A model generated the notes under the pieces. It did no database searches. It saw nothing but the letters and a program-made list of their open reading frames with translations, and was not told where the DNA came from. A stretch of 62,992 nt of DNA, counting the filler, from Hausera hauseri (taxonomy: Eukaryota), in NCBI GenBank assembly GCA_046269625.1. It is 9 parts of 9 records of this genome, joined end to end, with 100 filler letters (N's around TTAATTAATTAA, not from the genome) between each part and the next. Parts side by side here need not be neighbours in the genome. Positions count along the whole stretch, not along the records: positions 6,330 to 14,773 come from JBJURY010640996.1; positions 14,874 to 23,134 come from JBJURY010710992.1; positions 23,235 to 28,151 come from JBJURY010392146.1; 6 more parts are not named here. One strand, written 5' to 3'. This document shows, piece after piece, positions 11,700 to 24,378 of this stretch. How positions within the stretch are numbered: position 1 is the stretch's first letter; each line of letters opens with the position of its first letter. The position numbers and the translations under genes were made by a program.

Positions 11700-14600
11700 A
11701 ACAGGATAGCCTTACGTACTCTGGACGTGTAGTTAGAGAACGGAGATCGGAAAATAAAAGTGTGCATGTTATTGGATGACGCGAGCATAGAATGTTTTGT
11801 AAAACACTGTCGCGGAACAATTAAAATTATTGGCACTCAGGAAAATGTATCTGTCATGGTGGTAGGTGGAAAGACAACTAAGTCAAACATGGAACGGGTG
11901 AAGATGAATTTAGGATGTAAGAGTGGAAAGGTTAATATTCAATTTGAAGCATTAGTTCTCCATGATCTAACTGGAAGAATGATGGCTGTAAATTGGGAAA
12001 TCGCGAAAAACAAATGGCCGCATTTTAGAGATATAAAGTTCGCCTCTCAAAAATCGCCGAAGTCAGTTAATGGAATAATCGGTGCAAATTATATGCTTTT
12101 ACATAGGTCTATAAAGGAAATAGCGGGAATGACAAGCAAACCTGTGGCCAGATTGACTCCACTTGGATGGACGTCTGTCGGGATGATCGGGAATGAAAAG
12201 AAAACGGTAAGAGCCAACTTTGTTAGAACTTTATAGACCAGAACTGATGAAATACAAGAGGATTGGAACAAATTATGGGAAGCAGAACAGGGATTCCAAG
12301 AAAGACCGGAGTTAAATAACCTAGATGTTAAATTATTAAAGAGAGTGACGGACGAAATAAAATATGAAAATGAAAGATTTAGTGTCAAGTTGCCTTAGAA
12401 GGAGAGATACAACCAGATATCAGTGGGTTTGCCTCATCATGGATGGCAAAAATAAGACTGGATTTATTAATAAAGAAACTAAATAAAGACATTAGAGTCA
12501 AGGAGTAGTACAAGAAAGTCATTAAGGAATACGAGGAGAAATCGAATATATGAGAAATATCGAAAAAAGAGGAAAAGGAAACAAAGTGGTTGTTATCACC
12601 ATTTCTTGTAGTCAAATTTGATCGTGATACCACCAAATATCGGATAGTATTTCATGCAGCAACGAAGAATAAAGGAAAGTGTTTAAATGACTTCTTGGAG
12701 GTTGGTCCAAAATTACAAACTCGACGTAGTTGACATTTTAATCCGAATGCGTCACAACAAGTATGTTTTAATTTTCGATATACATTAAATGATCCTCCAA
12801 ATTTTAGTGGATCCGGCAGATAAAAATTACTTACGTTTTTTATAGAAGAAAACTGATCAAGAATTTACCCATAAATTCAATATATTAGTGTTTGGGTTGA
12901 ACAGTTCTCCTTTTTAGCACAGTTGGTATCCAGAGTTAATGCGGAAGGATTTAAAGAGGCTTATCCGAGACCAACAGAGACCATAACGTGCTCTACATAT
13001 ATGGATGACTGTATAGCCCGGTGTCAACAGAGAAAGCAGTAGTAGAACTATATCACGGACTGAATTTAATATGGGACAAAGCAGGAATGGTTCCACATAA
13101 ATGGAAAACCAACTCGGAACGACTTGTTGCTGAAATCCCACATGTAAGGCGATCGAATGAATATAATATATTGGAAAAAATACAATTTTTACAAAGACGT
13201 TGGGCATATAGTGGGAAGTAGAAAAGAACAAATACTCGTTCAATAAAAAGGTCATAACTGAAGACGACAGAGAAAAGAACATTACTAAGTGCGGTAGCCA
13301 AAATATACGATCCGTTGTGGTTCTTAAGTTGATAAACAATAACTGGGAAAATGATGATACAGTAGTTATAAATTGGAAATTATGGATGGAACCAAAAGCT
13401 ACTAGATGAAATAACAAAAAGATTAAAATTTTGGATGGAACAAGCTTACTTATTGAATGAAATAGAGATCGAAAGGTACCTAAGAGTGGACAAAGACGAG
13501 AACTGGGACTTACATATTTTTGTGACGCCTCGAGATTAGATTACGGCTCAGTAGGTTATGTCAAAACAAGGAAAAATGACGGGAATTTTTTCACGACATT
13601 AGTAGCAGCTAAAGCGAAAGTAAATCCAGTAAAATCGATAGCGATACCGAGATTCGAGTTACTGGTGGCCTATGTGGGAGTCAAATTGAAAAGAAGATTA
13701 ATAAAAGCTCTGGAAGGGAAAAATGAAAAAGTCACATTCTGGACAGATAGTAAAAACGTGCTACACTGGATCCGAAATTGCAGTAAGCACTACAAGACAT
13801 TTGTCGCTAACGGTATAGCGTACATACAAGTATTTTCTTCAAATGCTCAATGGAAATATATAAGAACAAGCGAGAATCCACGGACATATTGTCATGAAGT
13901 CAATCCATACGAGAAATAAAGAGGAATCCTAGTTGGTGGTATGGACCAAAATTCTTGTGCGAAGATGAAGTTAGTTGGTTGGAACAACCTCAAGAATTTT
14001 TGAAACAAACGGATGTCGAAAGAAGAAAAGATACCGTTATTCTGTTCACATCGTCAAGAAATGGATACAATCAAGAAGTAGAAATAAAAAGTTTTTTGAT
14101 GAGTAATGATGAAAATAAAGCCATCTTAATGAGCGAAAAGTCCCGGTGGCAGAATTGTGTTGAATGGAAAATAGATCAATTAACACAACAAAAAATAAAC
14201 ATAACCGAAGCAAATCCGTCATACTTTCGAAAACAAAGCAGAAAAGGAACTTATAAAATCAGATCAAGAACGAGAATTTCGAGTGGAAATAAAGTTATTC
14301 AAAAAAGGCTATAAATAAAAAATCCAATATCCAAGGCAGACCCGATCTTAGACACCGAAGGCATCTTACGGTCCAACAGTCGATTGATTACGACGCTATG
14401 GCTGAGCTGGGAATTCAAGTACCCAATAATACTATCACCAAAAAGTCAAATCACGAAGTTAATAATAGAAAATGTACATTTGAAGCTGAAACATGTTGCT
14501 GGAATAAACCATCAGGTAGCTGAATTGTCTCAAAGATTTTGGTTTCCAAAATGAGGAAATTAGTAAAATCGTATCAAAACTACTGTAAAACATGCCAAAG

Positions 14601-14773
14601 AGAAAGAACTAAAGGAATACGTGTTAAAATAGCACCTATACTATCATTCAAACTTCAGCTTCCTTTAAAAGCCTTTGACAAGATAGGCGTAGACTTTGCA
14701 GGACCGATAAATACCAAACATTTAATAAATTTCGAGAAGGATGATTTTACCAAGTCATGTTCATGTAGTGTTG
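11700..14773 (+). pseudogene. BEL/Pao Pol (protease, RT, RNase H, integrase N-half)
   Basis: LLDDAS and ARLTPLGW (PR). KYRIVFHAA, CLNDFLEVGPKL, FGLNSSPF and TYMDDC (RT). LHIF/CDAS, FWTDS..VLHWI and SENP (RH). H..H...C..C and GVDFAGP (IN). Confidence 0.92.
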
Positions 14774-14873
14774 NNNNNNNNNNNNNNNNNNNNNNNNNNN
14801 NNNNNNNNNNNNNNNNNTTAATTAATTAANNNNNNNNNNNNNNNNNNNNNNNNNNNNNNNNNNNNNNNNNNNN

Positions 14874-15070
14874 AATACTGCCAGCCCTCCGGGAACAGAA
14901 AAATGGCCACGCGCAAAATCCCGAATGCACCCAGTTTCATGAGCACGCCTGCATGAATCATGCTTACCGACGTGGGTGCTGCCACATGACCCACGGGCGA
15001 CCATGTGTGGAACGGCCAGACACCGGCCAGGATGCCAAAACCCAGGTAGAGAAAAATAAAGGCAAATTTT
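14874..15070 (-). CDS. nuoM: Bacterial NADH-quinone oxidoreductase subunit M, internal fragment
   Basis: GFGILAGVWPFHTWSPVGHVAAPTSVSMIHAGVLMKLGAFGILRV, GC-richer than the flank. This is a bacterial-type motif, not the mitochondrial ND4 HxWLPKAHVEAP. Confidence 0.88.
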
Positions 15071-15619
15071 GGCTTCCACCCATTAAGGAAGGACAGACCT
15101 TGACTAAAGAAAGAGATGGCCATTCCCAATGTGTGTTAACACTGCAACAACCAGCATGGCAGCAGTATATTTCAAGATAAACAGAGATTAATATCTGAAT
15201 CTCTTATAAAAGAGAGGATATTTCATTGCAACAATTCTAATGACTTAAATCTTAGCATCAAATCCCAATGTCATAGTCACTACATCATAAATATCTCTAA
15301 AAATGAGCAGTGTCTTATCTACTGTATTGGTCATTAAGCTAATAGTTCTCAAATAATACAAAAGCAAATGAAACGGAAAGACTAGAAATGAGCCCAATTT
15401 AACAGAATTATCTAGGTAAAAGATCAACAGTTAATATTCTTGTTCAAGCTCCAACATGCCTGAACTACCCAAGATTCATGAGGAGCAGCTGTATCAATAT
15501 GCTATAGAAATAAGGGACTGTCACCAGTGCCAAGCAAATGAATTGTTTATACTGAAATAGCATATTTTTTTACATACAAAATATGTTAACTATATACATA
15601 AAACTAAGTCAAGCTCAAG

Positions 15620-16560
15620 GATTATAAGATATTGAAGCAATCAATACTTCGTGTTGCCGCCTTTGCAAGAAACTACGGCCTGGACTCGTATCTGGCGCAA
15701 TCTCTGAATTCTCGCCAACTAAATAGTGTTCCATTCTTCTTCGGCAAACGCCCAGAAGTCATCTACGCTCTTGGGATTCCTGGCCTTCATTTTTTCTTCA
15801 AGTCATCCCATAGGTTTTCGATCAAACTGAGATCAGGATTCTGGGCGGACCATTTTCCCAGCTGTCTAATCCTATTCCTTTGCAGGTAGTGTTTGGCAGA
15901 GGCATATTTGTGACAACTGGCATTATCTTGGAATATGAACTTTCCCGTACACAATATCGGTAAGACGAGGTCGAGAATTCCCTGGTACTCTTATGAATCC
16001 ACATTCCCGACTCAGCGTACCAGGTAACGTACATCATCAAATCTAATACCTCCGCAAACCATGATCGATCGGGAATATTTCATTGTCTGTGTGGTCATGG
16101 ATGGTTTAATTATTTTTATATCAGCTCTTCGGACATGTGCTCGGCATTTCGGATACAGTTCCAACTTGCATTCGTCGGTAAATGCCACTCCAGCCCATTG
16201 CTGCTGCGTCCATCCCGTTCTGGCTCGACACCATGCAAGCCGCTTTTTGATTTGTTTTGGCTTCAGGAAAGTTTTTTTTCACCGCAACTCTCCCAAATAA
16301 ATTGTTGCGTCTGAGGCATCGTTTGATGTTGTCACCGGACACCGTATGGCCATCTGGCAGCAAATTTCTTAACTCGTTTGCTGTAAGTTTCGGATTTTGT
16401 CGCGACTTTAATACCAGGTACTTCTGCATTTGGAGACATTTTCCTTTTCCGACTTGATTTTGCCAAATCCTGTATTCCTAGTCCAGTACGATGTTTTTTA
16501 TGAACTTGCTGCACTGTTCATCTTGATATTTGCAACTTTCGGGCAATTGACACTTGTGAA
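15620..16560 (-). mobile_element. Tc1-family transposase pseudogene
   Basis: RKRKMS...YLVLKSRQNPKLTA.EL......VS...IKR.LR..NLFGRVAVKK, then FTDECK in a shifted frame. Confidence 0.8.
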
Positions 16561-16959
16561 TTTGCTGTCCTTCCTAAGTCTACAATTTCCTGTCGTTTAT
16601 GTCGTTTATGTATCATTTATTTAGCCATATTCTGCCGATTAAGCTACATTAAACAACTTTTACCACATTTGCATAGATAGAAATATATGAAAACATGGTA
16701 GTATACAATATTATTACTTACCGATCAATTATTTCATCTCAGTTTGAAATACTAACCATGACTATTCTTCCAGCTGTCACATGCTCAATATATATGCACG
16801 ACTATATTTACCTGCTTGCACATGACTTTTATCTCTCTCTGCTTATTATAATGCAATACATACTTGTCCTTCTATATATACATATAGTCCATCTGTAAGA
16901 CTCCTCAACTTTTGAACTTGGGACATTGTCTCTATGTGTATAGTTGGCTGTTATACATG

Positions 16960-17673
16960 CGTTATGTTTCGGTAGGCCCTAAGCAATACCCGAACTATAA
17001 CAATAACTTCAACTTTAAGACAAATTTAAAAGAAGGAACGGATTAACGTTCTTGACTAATCGTTTGTGTCTAGATTTTAAAATGCAGGTACTGTATGCGG
17101 TTCTCTGAAAAATTTGATTCCGACTCCTACTTATTTACGTTTACGTAAGAATTTAGGACATTCTGAAACTCAAACCTCCCGTCAGGGGCGGTGGAAAATT
17201 ATTAATAAGTTTTAAACATACACAAAAATATATTATTACAACAATGAACAAACCATTACGGCGCACAGGTCGTCAAGGAATAATTATATCGGCTTTCTTG
17301 ACCTTGAATTCCTTAGACACAAATCGTTTTCGCTCTCTAGTTTTCACTCTAAATTCTCTCTCGACATTCTGAATTGGCTGCTTATATATACTTATCAGCC
17401 CATGTAATTTCTCTTGACCTACTTTGAAACCAATTTACGTATAATTTTTAAGCATTTTATAATAATTCCAGAACATTACACAATACTTTTTAATCATTTC
17501 TTAGATGAATGTAGGCGTAATTTCTCTTTCTGCTTATTTCATGTTCTAGGTCAAATCTATTTCTGATTAAACAATTTCATGATATTTCTTAAAAATATAA
17601 TTTTAAAATATGATCTTTATACATTTGTACATGTCTTACACTTTTTCACTATTTCAAATGTCCCTTTACCACA
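16960..17673 (-). repeat. Putative 3' LTR
   Basis: On the minus strand it starts TGT immediately after a purine tract and has a TATATATAAG box near 17385. The distal end is a guess. Confidence 0.45.
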
Positions 17674-20600
17674 CTTCTCCTCCCTGAGTGGCAACCTCGG
17701 ATGTGCCAATTCCATCAGAAGAGAAGCCACGGTTATAGGTTCTCTGTAATAATTTCAGCCGTCTTCGTAAACGTGCTTGTGAGTATGTCCAGGGGTTAGG
17801 TCCCAATGAGTAACTAGTCCTTGGTCGCTCCGGTCGTATGTTTATGGTTCGGTTGCTTTCACTATTAGTAAAATATGGTAACTTTGTAGCTTTGGCCAGA
17901 CGCACTTTGCATTCTCTAACGTCCAAGTCTATAGACAGCTCCTACGATATTTGTCTGCAGTCGGTGTTTAATAAAATCACGTGCCCTTGATTTAGACTCG
18001 CTTTACAAACAGGGCATTCGTCGACCTTTTCCAAGTCCAGGTTTGCATCAGCCACAATTTCAATTTGTTCCATTACCACGCCCTTTGAATTCTGGTATAG
18101 GTATCCAAATAATTCTTTTTGTTTGCGTCGAATGAACTTTATCTGGGGTCATTTTATACGTCGAACAGAGTCCATTCAACGACCTCTTCTTCGTCTAGAT
18201 AGGGTATGCCCATCTGCTTATACTGTCGCTTCATCTGTATTTTCACTGGGGCATCTACCGGTACCGTTATTTTTTGTTCCAATTCTTGAGCGGCAAATGG
18301 GTGCCATGTACTTCCTATATCCGAATTTTCTCTGGTACAGGGGTTTTCATGTACTTTTCGTTTGAGCGTGGTTTGCACATAGAAGAGTGCCTCTTTAATT
18401 TTTCCATGAAGGACATATTATGCCATTACTAAGACTTTGAGGAGTGTCATTAAACTGACTATTTCCTTTGGGTTCACTAGTTTTCAGCAAACCATTCATC
18501 TCTGTCATTCTGGTTTTCCTTGCTTCCTTTTCCTGAGTTCTAATCGGCTGTTCATAAGAAGTGATTTTTGTTCTCTTTGTTTCCTGTTTGCTGCGTTTTT
18601 CGGTTTTCTGCCGCTTTGGATTTGTCTTGGGGGTTATTAACTGGATTTCTACTTGGTTTTTGATTCTGGCTTCTGTTTCGTTTAGGTTACCTCAACTTAC
18701 TTGATTCGCTGGAGAACTGGTACTAGGCAATCCATATTTTGAAAACGGCCAATATTTTTGTTCTTACTCCGTACTATATACTCAAAAAGGGGAGACGTAT
18801 ATTTTTCTGTTTCCCTTTTAGCTGTCCTTTCCTTCTTCTGCTTATTTGATTTATGTTCTGACGTTACTGGGTGTTCGTTTTTCTCCAGAGATTTGGCTGG
18901 AATCGAAATTTTTTTGTATGACTGTGAAATGTGAGAAGAGCTGCCGTTGGAATTTTCTTTACTTACTATTGTAACTTGAAAATTATAATCGTCCTTGGGA
19001 CTGATTAATCGTTTCGGAGAATAAGTACAAAACTCTCGTTTATATTTTTGACTCAGTTTCGTTGGCTCCGAGGTAATATGGAGATTCTGTATTGGGTTTA
19101 TTGGCAACTATTCGTGATCCAAACGTAGAGATGCATAAATGTTTCTTAGGTACTGAGTTCGCTGACTTTCGATTAACAACTTCGATAACTTAAAATATAT
19201 GTCATTAATAGCCTCGACCATTAATATGAAACGAGAGCCTTCTGCGACAGGCTGCAATAGATGACCACTCTTTTTTGTCAACAATTGGTTAATATGGGTA
19301 GTGACTGTGGGGTGTTGTCCCATTTCTCGAATTTCGGCCAAGATTTTTCGTTCCATCTCGAATTTATCGAGAATATTTTCAACTTCGTAACCGACAATTA
19401 CGTGTCTCTATAGAAAATGATTAATTGCCTCCCGGAACTCAGGGTAATCTTTTCTTTTAGTTAACTGCTCCTTTCAGATGCAAGTGGAGTCCTTTATATT
19501 CATTCTAAGTGCAATCTGTTTACTCATTATCTCCGTTCCATTGATATCGCGGATCGAAATTTCAAGAGGGGTACACTCCATCCTTCTTGGTTTTCCACGC
19601 AGTTCACGACTAGAATTCTGGCATTTCTTCTATCTGGAATTAATCTATATGAGCCGTTACAATCTTTTATATCTTTTTCGTAAGGTCGCTGTCTGCATTC
19701 TAATATCGGTAGTGGTTACACTGGTGTGGTCCGATAAGTCATTTCTATCATTATCAATGTAGGAATATCACCCATTCCAACTTCCAAGGCTTAGTTCATT
19801 AGACTGAAACTGTACAGTTCGTATGTGCTACATCTCCATTGTTGCCTTTTGTTTACACTTTAAGGCTGGCCAACTCTTCTGTATTTTAGTTCTCCTTCAG
19901 CTGCGTGAATGAAATGCTTAGGGCGAATATACGTGCCGCCGAATCTTTCTTCATAGCATGTAGACAAATTATCCGATTTTCTTGGGTTATCCATTTTAAA
20001 CCGTTTGGTATCTGATTTTCTCGGTTGATTTCGATGTAGGATTCTGCTTTGAATTTTTCACTAATTTATATGTAGAAACCTTTCGATAGGAAGTAAGTAT
20101 AGTGGTATGTTGTTGAAGGAAGTCTGGTTGGGATTCTAATCCGATCATTTTCACCTTTTCCTCTATATTTACAATTATAAAAAATAAATAAGGATTAACC
20201 TTAAGGCAGATCATTGTTTTGAAATAAAACGTCATTCCTGTCTGATAATAGGATAAACTGATCTGTAATTGTCAAGTGATTCTATAATAAATATCGTTTA
20301 TAAACTCCCTTTCCCTTGCTTTCCCATTTCCGATTTTATGACGCTTAGAATATATTTTGGAAATTACGACAATGGTCGCAATTATCATTACAAGAAAGAA
20401 CACTGACAAGCTTGTAATCGGTTAGTTCGGCAAAGTTGTTAATTCGGTCGACTTTTCAGTTGTAATTGTATTTGTATCTTCATGTGGTTCTGCGTGAACT
20501 TCGCTCAATATTTGCCACGTAAAGTCTTGTCTTTTGGTCTTTTGCGGAAATTTGTATAACATTGTCGTATAGCCGTCACAATAATTTACAATGAATTTCA

Positions 20601-21645
20601 TGGCTACCTTTCTTTAACACTAAAACTTGATTAGTATGCAAAGTTCTACATTCAATTTTAACTTCGTAATTTAATTTCTTTTCAACGGAAAGCATGATTT
20701 TATAATGAAAAGTACTTAATAGGTATATCTTCTAATTCTCCTTTAGGCATCTTACTTGAGGTGACGACATTAGTAATAGTACTCGGAACAATAATCAGTT
20801 TTCTTGCAGTTACTTCTAAGGAATTTTCCATATTCGATCTTTCGGTTAATAGCTTTTTAGGTGAATGCTTGATTTACCGATCCGAATCCTATATAGATCG
20901 AGATGTATCTTGAATTTGTGGCAAATTGTTACATTACATCATGGAATGGGTCTCCTGTATCCGACATAACAATAATTCACTGAAGTAGTTGACTTCTTTA
21001 CTCGTATGAACTAAATGGAAATTTGTCTGTTGCTGGTTAGCGTTCTCTTGGTTTTTATCTAGATAAATCCAATTTGATGTCCTTAGAAACCTCGATTATA
21101 TTATCATTTAACATTTGCTTTTGTGGATTTGTGGTCTGGACCATCTAGTCAATTCTTGCTTCATTAATTCGATTTTGGGTTAATATAGTTAATCTGCACT
21201 GTGGATCTACTTCGGCCTGAATTTTATCTAGGTTTTGGTAAATCATGCAATATGTGTAAATGTACGATTATCCGCAGTCTACGTCACAACACCATTGTTG
21301 AACTCCTTGTAGGAAATCAAAGATCTGTGTTTCATTCTTGACTTTCTCTTGGTGCACTGTCTGAAAGTGTATGAAATCTCTAGACGGCTTGTCTGCCTTA
21401 AATGCGACACACTGGGTATGATGGACGATTTAATAAGGTTTAAAGGACCGTAGATTTTCCATCTCTTTTTGCTTTTCTTTTTTTGGTTAATCTTCGTTGT
21501 ATTCCGCTTTTACACATTCCTTAGATATCTTCTACAGATGACTCTCCCATATCCATTGGGTTTTTACTCTTGGTACATATGGAGCGATTAGTGATTTGCA
21601 CATACGACATCGGTTGAAGAAGTTTATTGAAGAAGTTTTCATTTC
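17666..21645 (-). pseudogene. Post-integrase accessory ORF: signal-peptide remnant, Cys-containing ectodomain, Thr-rich stalk, TM helix, DEDDh-like domain, long tail
   Basis: Manual read-through gives SLIAPYVPRVKTQW (about 21553-21594), TNTITTEKSTELTT, TM ITSLSVFFLVMIIATIVVI-SKIYSKRHK (about 20335-20420), and an exonuclease-like stretch IPD...ILVVNCV / LEISIRDINGTEIMSKQI...FREAINHFL*RHVIVGYEV (about 19320-19655). Confidence 0.65.
17674..17685 (-). promoter_or_regulatory. Polypurine tract
   Basis: Minus strand AGGGAGGAGAAG|TGTGG, overlapping the end of the last ORF (QGGEVW*). Confidence 0.65.
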
Positions 21646-21689
21646 TCTTTAGCTTCGATTCTGAGTTTAATTGTAAGAAATCAAATTTT

Positions 21690-22520
21690 AGCTTTTATTT
21701 AACCTTATTTTCGTTTTAACAACTCTTTGCACTGATACAACTTCTCCTTTATTTTTTTTGCTAATACAAACTGTAGTTAGTACGGGTAAGTTTCAATGAT
21801 GTGCCCTATTTGGCGACTGTATAGTGTACATAAATTCAGTTTTCTTTTTCTAAATCGTGTGGTTTAGCTTTTTTGTCATACTGCTTTTCAAATTGTTCTT
21901 GGTATTCTCAAGATAACTCTTTTGCAAACCCCAACACTTGTAATCTCGTCTGAAGTACTTCCACGACGTTCTTCTCCAAGTCTTCAGGATTTATCGTATA
22001 TGGTGTCATTCCTAAATCTGCTGGTAATATCGTTTTACTCCCGTACATAATAAAAGTAGTGTAAATCCAGTCACGGGGTGTGGTGTCGCGTTAATAGCAA
22101 ACTGCGTGCCTTCCAAAAATTCATTCCAATCTTTCTCGTCTTTTGCTAGTATCGTTTATAGAATTCGTATAACCGTTGCGTTTATTCGTTCGACCATTCC
22201 TTTACATTGAAGTGATAGGCTGTCGTGGTTAATCGTTCAATCTCAAATATTTAGGTGACTTTATCAAACAGTTCACATGTAAAATTCCTTCCTCGATTAG
22301 TCAAAATCTGTTCGAGAGGTCCTTATCTGAAGATAATTTTTCCTACTGCGGTTTCTGCCAGTTTCAGCCTATTGATCAATTAATGCTATTAGTTTTACAA
22401 AATTAGTTAGACGGTCAATACATGTCAAGATGTATTTGTTACACTTTTGAGTCGTAGGTAACGGTCCTACAATATCCATAAACATTGCTTGCATGGGTCT
22501 GTCCGAAATGTCGGCTACAA
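21690..22520 (-). pseudogene. Gypsy-type integrase core and C-terminus
   Basis: RPMQAMFMDIVGPLP...KYILTCID, TTAYH/QCKGMVERIN, KDWNEFL..TQFAINATPH..TGFT, KQYDKKAK. Confidence 0.88.
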
Positions 22521-22558
22521 AATGTCGCAGTTTTCTTTGATCCGTTTATTTGTTTCAG

Positions 22559-22654
22559 TTGGTGAAACGTGTATATAAAGGTATACCTCTCCAGCTGAGA
22601 GGCCAAGTTTGGGCCTTGCTTTTGGACATAGAAAAAGTGAAGCAAGAAAACAGA
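22559..22654 (+). CDS. USP6NL: Exon of a USP6NL/RN-tre-like TBC RabGAP (vertebrate-like)
   Basis: Acceptor TTTGTTTCAG followed by [31 protein letters not shown], matching the [19 protein letters not shown] motif. No clean donor site seen. Confidence 0.72.
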
Positions 22655-23234
22655 AGCGGAAACAAGGGACGGATAGAAATGAGGGAAGAAACATGTAGTT
22701 GGTTTAAAACATGCAGCAAATGTTTGAGTTGATGGAGCTTAAGGTTCTCTGATGATGTTGCCAATAATAAAACCCTCTTTTTCTTTATGCTGATGCTGGA
22801 TTTGCTGTGGCTGAAAAGAAGTAAATTCCAAGAAAACAATTTGATTCTTAGACATTTAGCTGTCTCTGTGGCAACATGTTGTTTTCACTGAGCTGCAGTG
22901 TGATTTCGACAAGTTCGTCTGAAGCCAACATCTAATTAAAACATACTCTTGCTGTTTGCAGACTATCCTTTCTCCTTTTTTGATGTTTGACACCATGCAA
23001 GATATTTACAGAAGTTAGGCATTTTAAACAACTTTTGTCATGTTTTATTTTATTTTTCTTTCTTTTGCTTTGCAAAAGCCTACATTGCGCTGTTTGGTTA
23101 AGCCATTGATAGATAAAAATGAAGAGTTTGCACTNNNNNNNNNNNNNNNNNNNNNNNNNNNNNNNNNNNNNNNNNNNNTTAATTAATTAANNNNNNNNNN
23201 NNNNNNNNNNNNNNNNNNNNNNNNNNNNNNNNNN

Positions 23235-24182
23235 TTATGTCCTTCTTATTTAATTTTGTTTTAGCTTAAGCTATTTCTTTCAATGAAAGGTAGATACCTT
23301 TATAATTGATTTTAGACATTTCCTAATTACATTCATTAATCGTTCCGATAATTTTAAATCTCATCATTTCTTCAGGGTTTTCTGAATATACTACCGTTGC
23401 TACTTCTGTCATCTTTACTTCTTTAGCTCCTTCTTTATAGGTCGTGGTCTCTTTTCGGCTGTTCTTCCTATCGATTTATTGAATTTTCTTTATTTTAGCA
23501 ACGTCAAATGGCATCTATTCAAGGGTACTTCCCAAGTCATCTTAGATTCTCCAGTATCACATTCCCCATTTTCGTATTCACACTCACTCATTGTTGTCAT
23601 GAGTTTAGTTTGTGAGTCAAATAATTTTTCATATTCCTTCAATTGAACTTGGTAGTCTACGATGGCTACTGTTCTAGGTGCAGTGGTACCTCCAACATCG
23701 TAATCTACTCCTTTATAGCTGCCATCCTTTGTTTTATCTATTCTTCCAGCTCTGAAGATTGGAGTATATTTTATTTTATTTTGTACTGCTGGTATCTATG
23801 TATTTTGTATTGTTATGACTCTTATTTTAAACGCGTCTTGACAATCCGCACGTGATATTATTATCGTTTCGAAAGGCGTTGTTTGTTCAATAATAGCGGA
23901 ATTCCCAGAATATTATGCACAATTGAATAGGAAAAATGATTTCTTTACATAACATTCTCTGATTTTAGCCATGATAAATTCTGACTCCTGGTAGACCCAA
24001 TAACTATGGCCGTTAGTTGTTATTAACTGTTCTGGATCAGCTTCCGGGCATTTTTCCAGATCCACCAGGGAGTACTTTTGTCCTTCTTTAGGCTTCAAAC
24101 AATCATAAGCCACTATGCCCGTTGCCTTAGGCATGCAAATGGATGTTATTAATAACAATTGTAATATCTCCATAAATGACAT
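23235..24182 (-). pseudogene. Chuvirus-like (class III) envelope glycoprotein, N-terminal half
   Basis: Signal peptide MEILQLLLITSICMPKATG, then IVAYDC.......SL.D...C...VYQ......IRECYV......NC. Read-through continues ISRADC, DGSYKGVDY, CEYENGECDTG..MTW.....C, a Cys pattern like chuviral G. Confidence 0.75.
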
Positions 24183-24378
24183 TCCGCCTAGGCCGTTTTA
24201 TAGCACTAGGTGAAGTTGTGATTAATCTTTCATGCGACCCTCCTCCGGGTCTTATCCTACCATTCATTAAACTTGGTACTCATCCACCTCTGCATTGTAC
24301 CCAACTCTCCAAAGTATCTCGTAATATCTTAACTGTTACTTTTATGTTTCGTTCAATTTCATCCAAATTTTGTGTTTG

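Larger units (their letters stand above)
10026..14773 (+). mobile_element. BEL/Pao LTR retrotransposon, degenerate and truncated by the contig end
   Basis: Gag-PR-RT-RH-IN order with BEL-specific motifs. No LTR or PBS could be placed. Confidence 0.92.
16960..22550 (-). mobile_element. 3' half of a large Gypsy-type LTR element: integrase, ~4-kb accessory membrane-protein ORF, PPT, 3' LTR
   Basis: See component features. The left LTR boundary is approximate. Confidence 0.75.

Noticed and set aside
14874-15070. Mitochondrial ND4 NUMT
   Set aside because: The motif and GC content are bacterial, and it reads in the standard code.
23235-24182. Free-standing endogenous chuvirus
   Set aside because: No L or N gene is present, and both glycoprotein halves are embedded in Gypsy gag or pol context.
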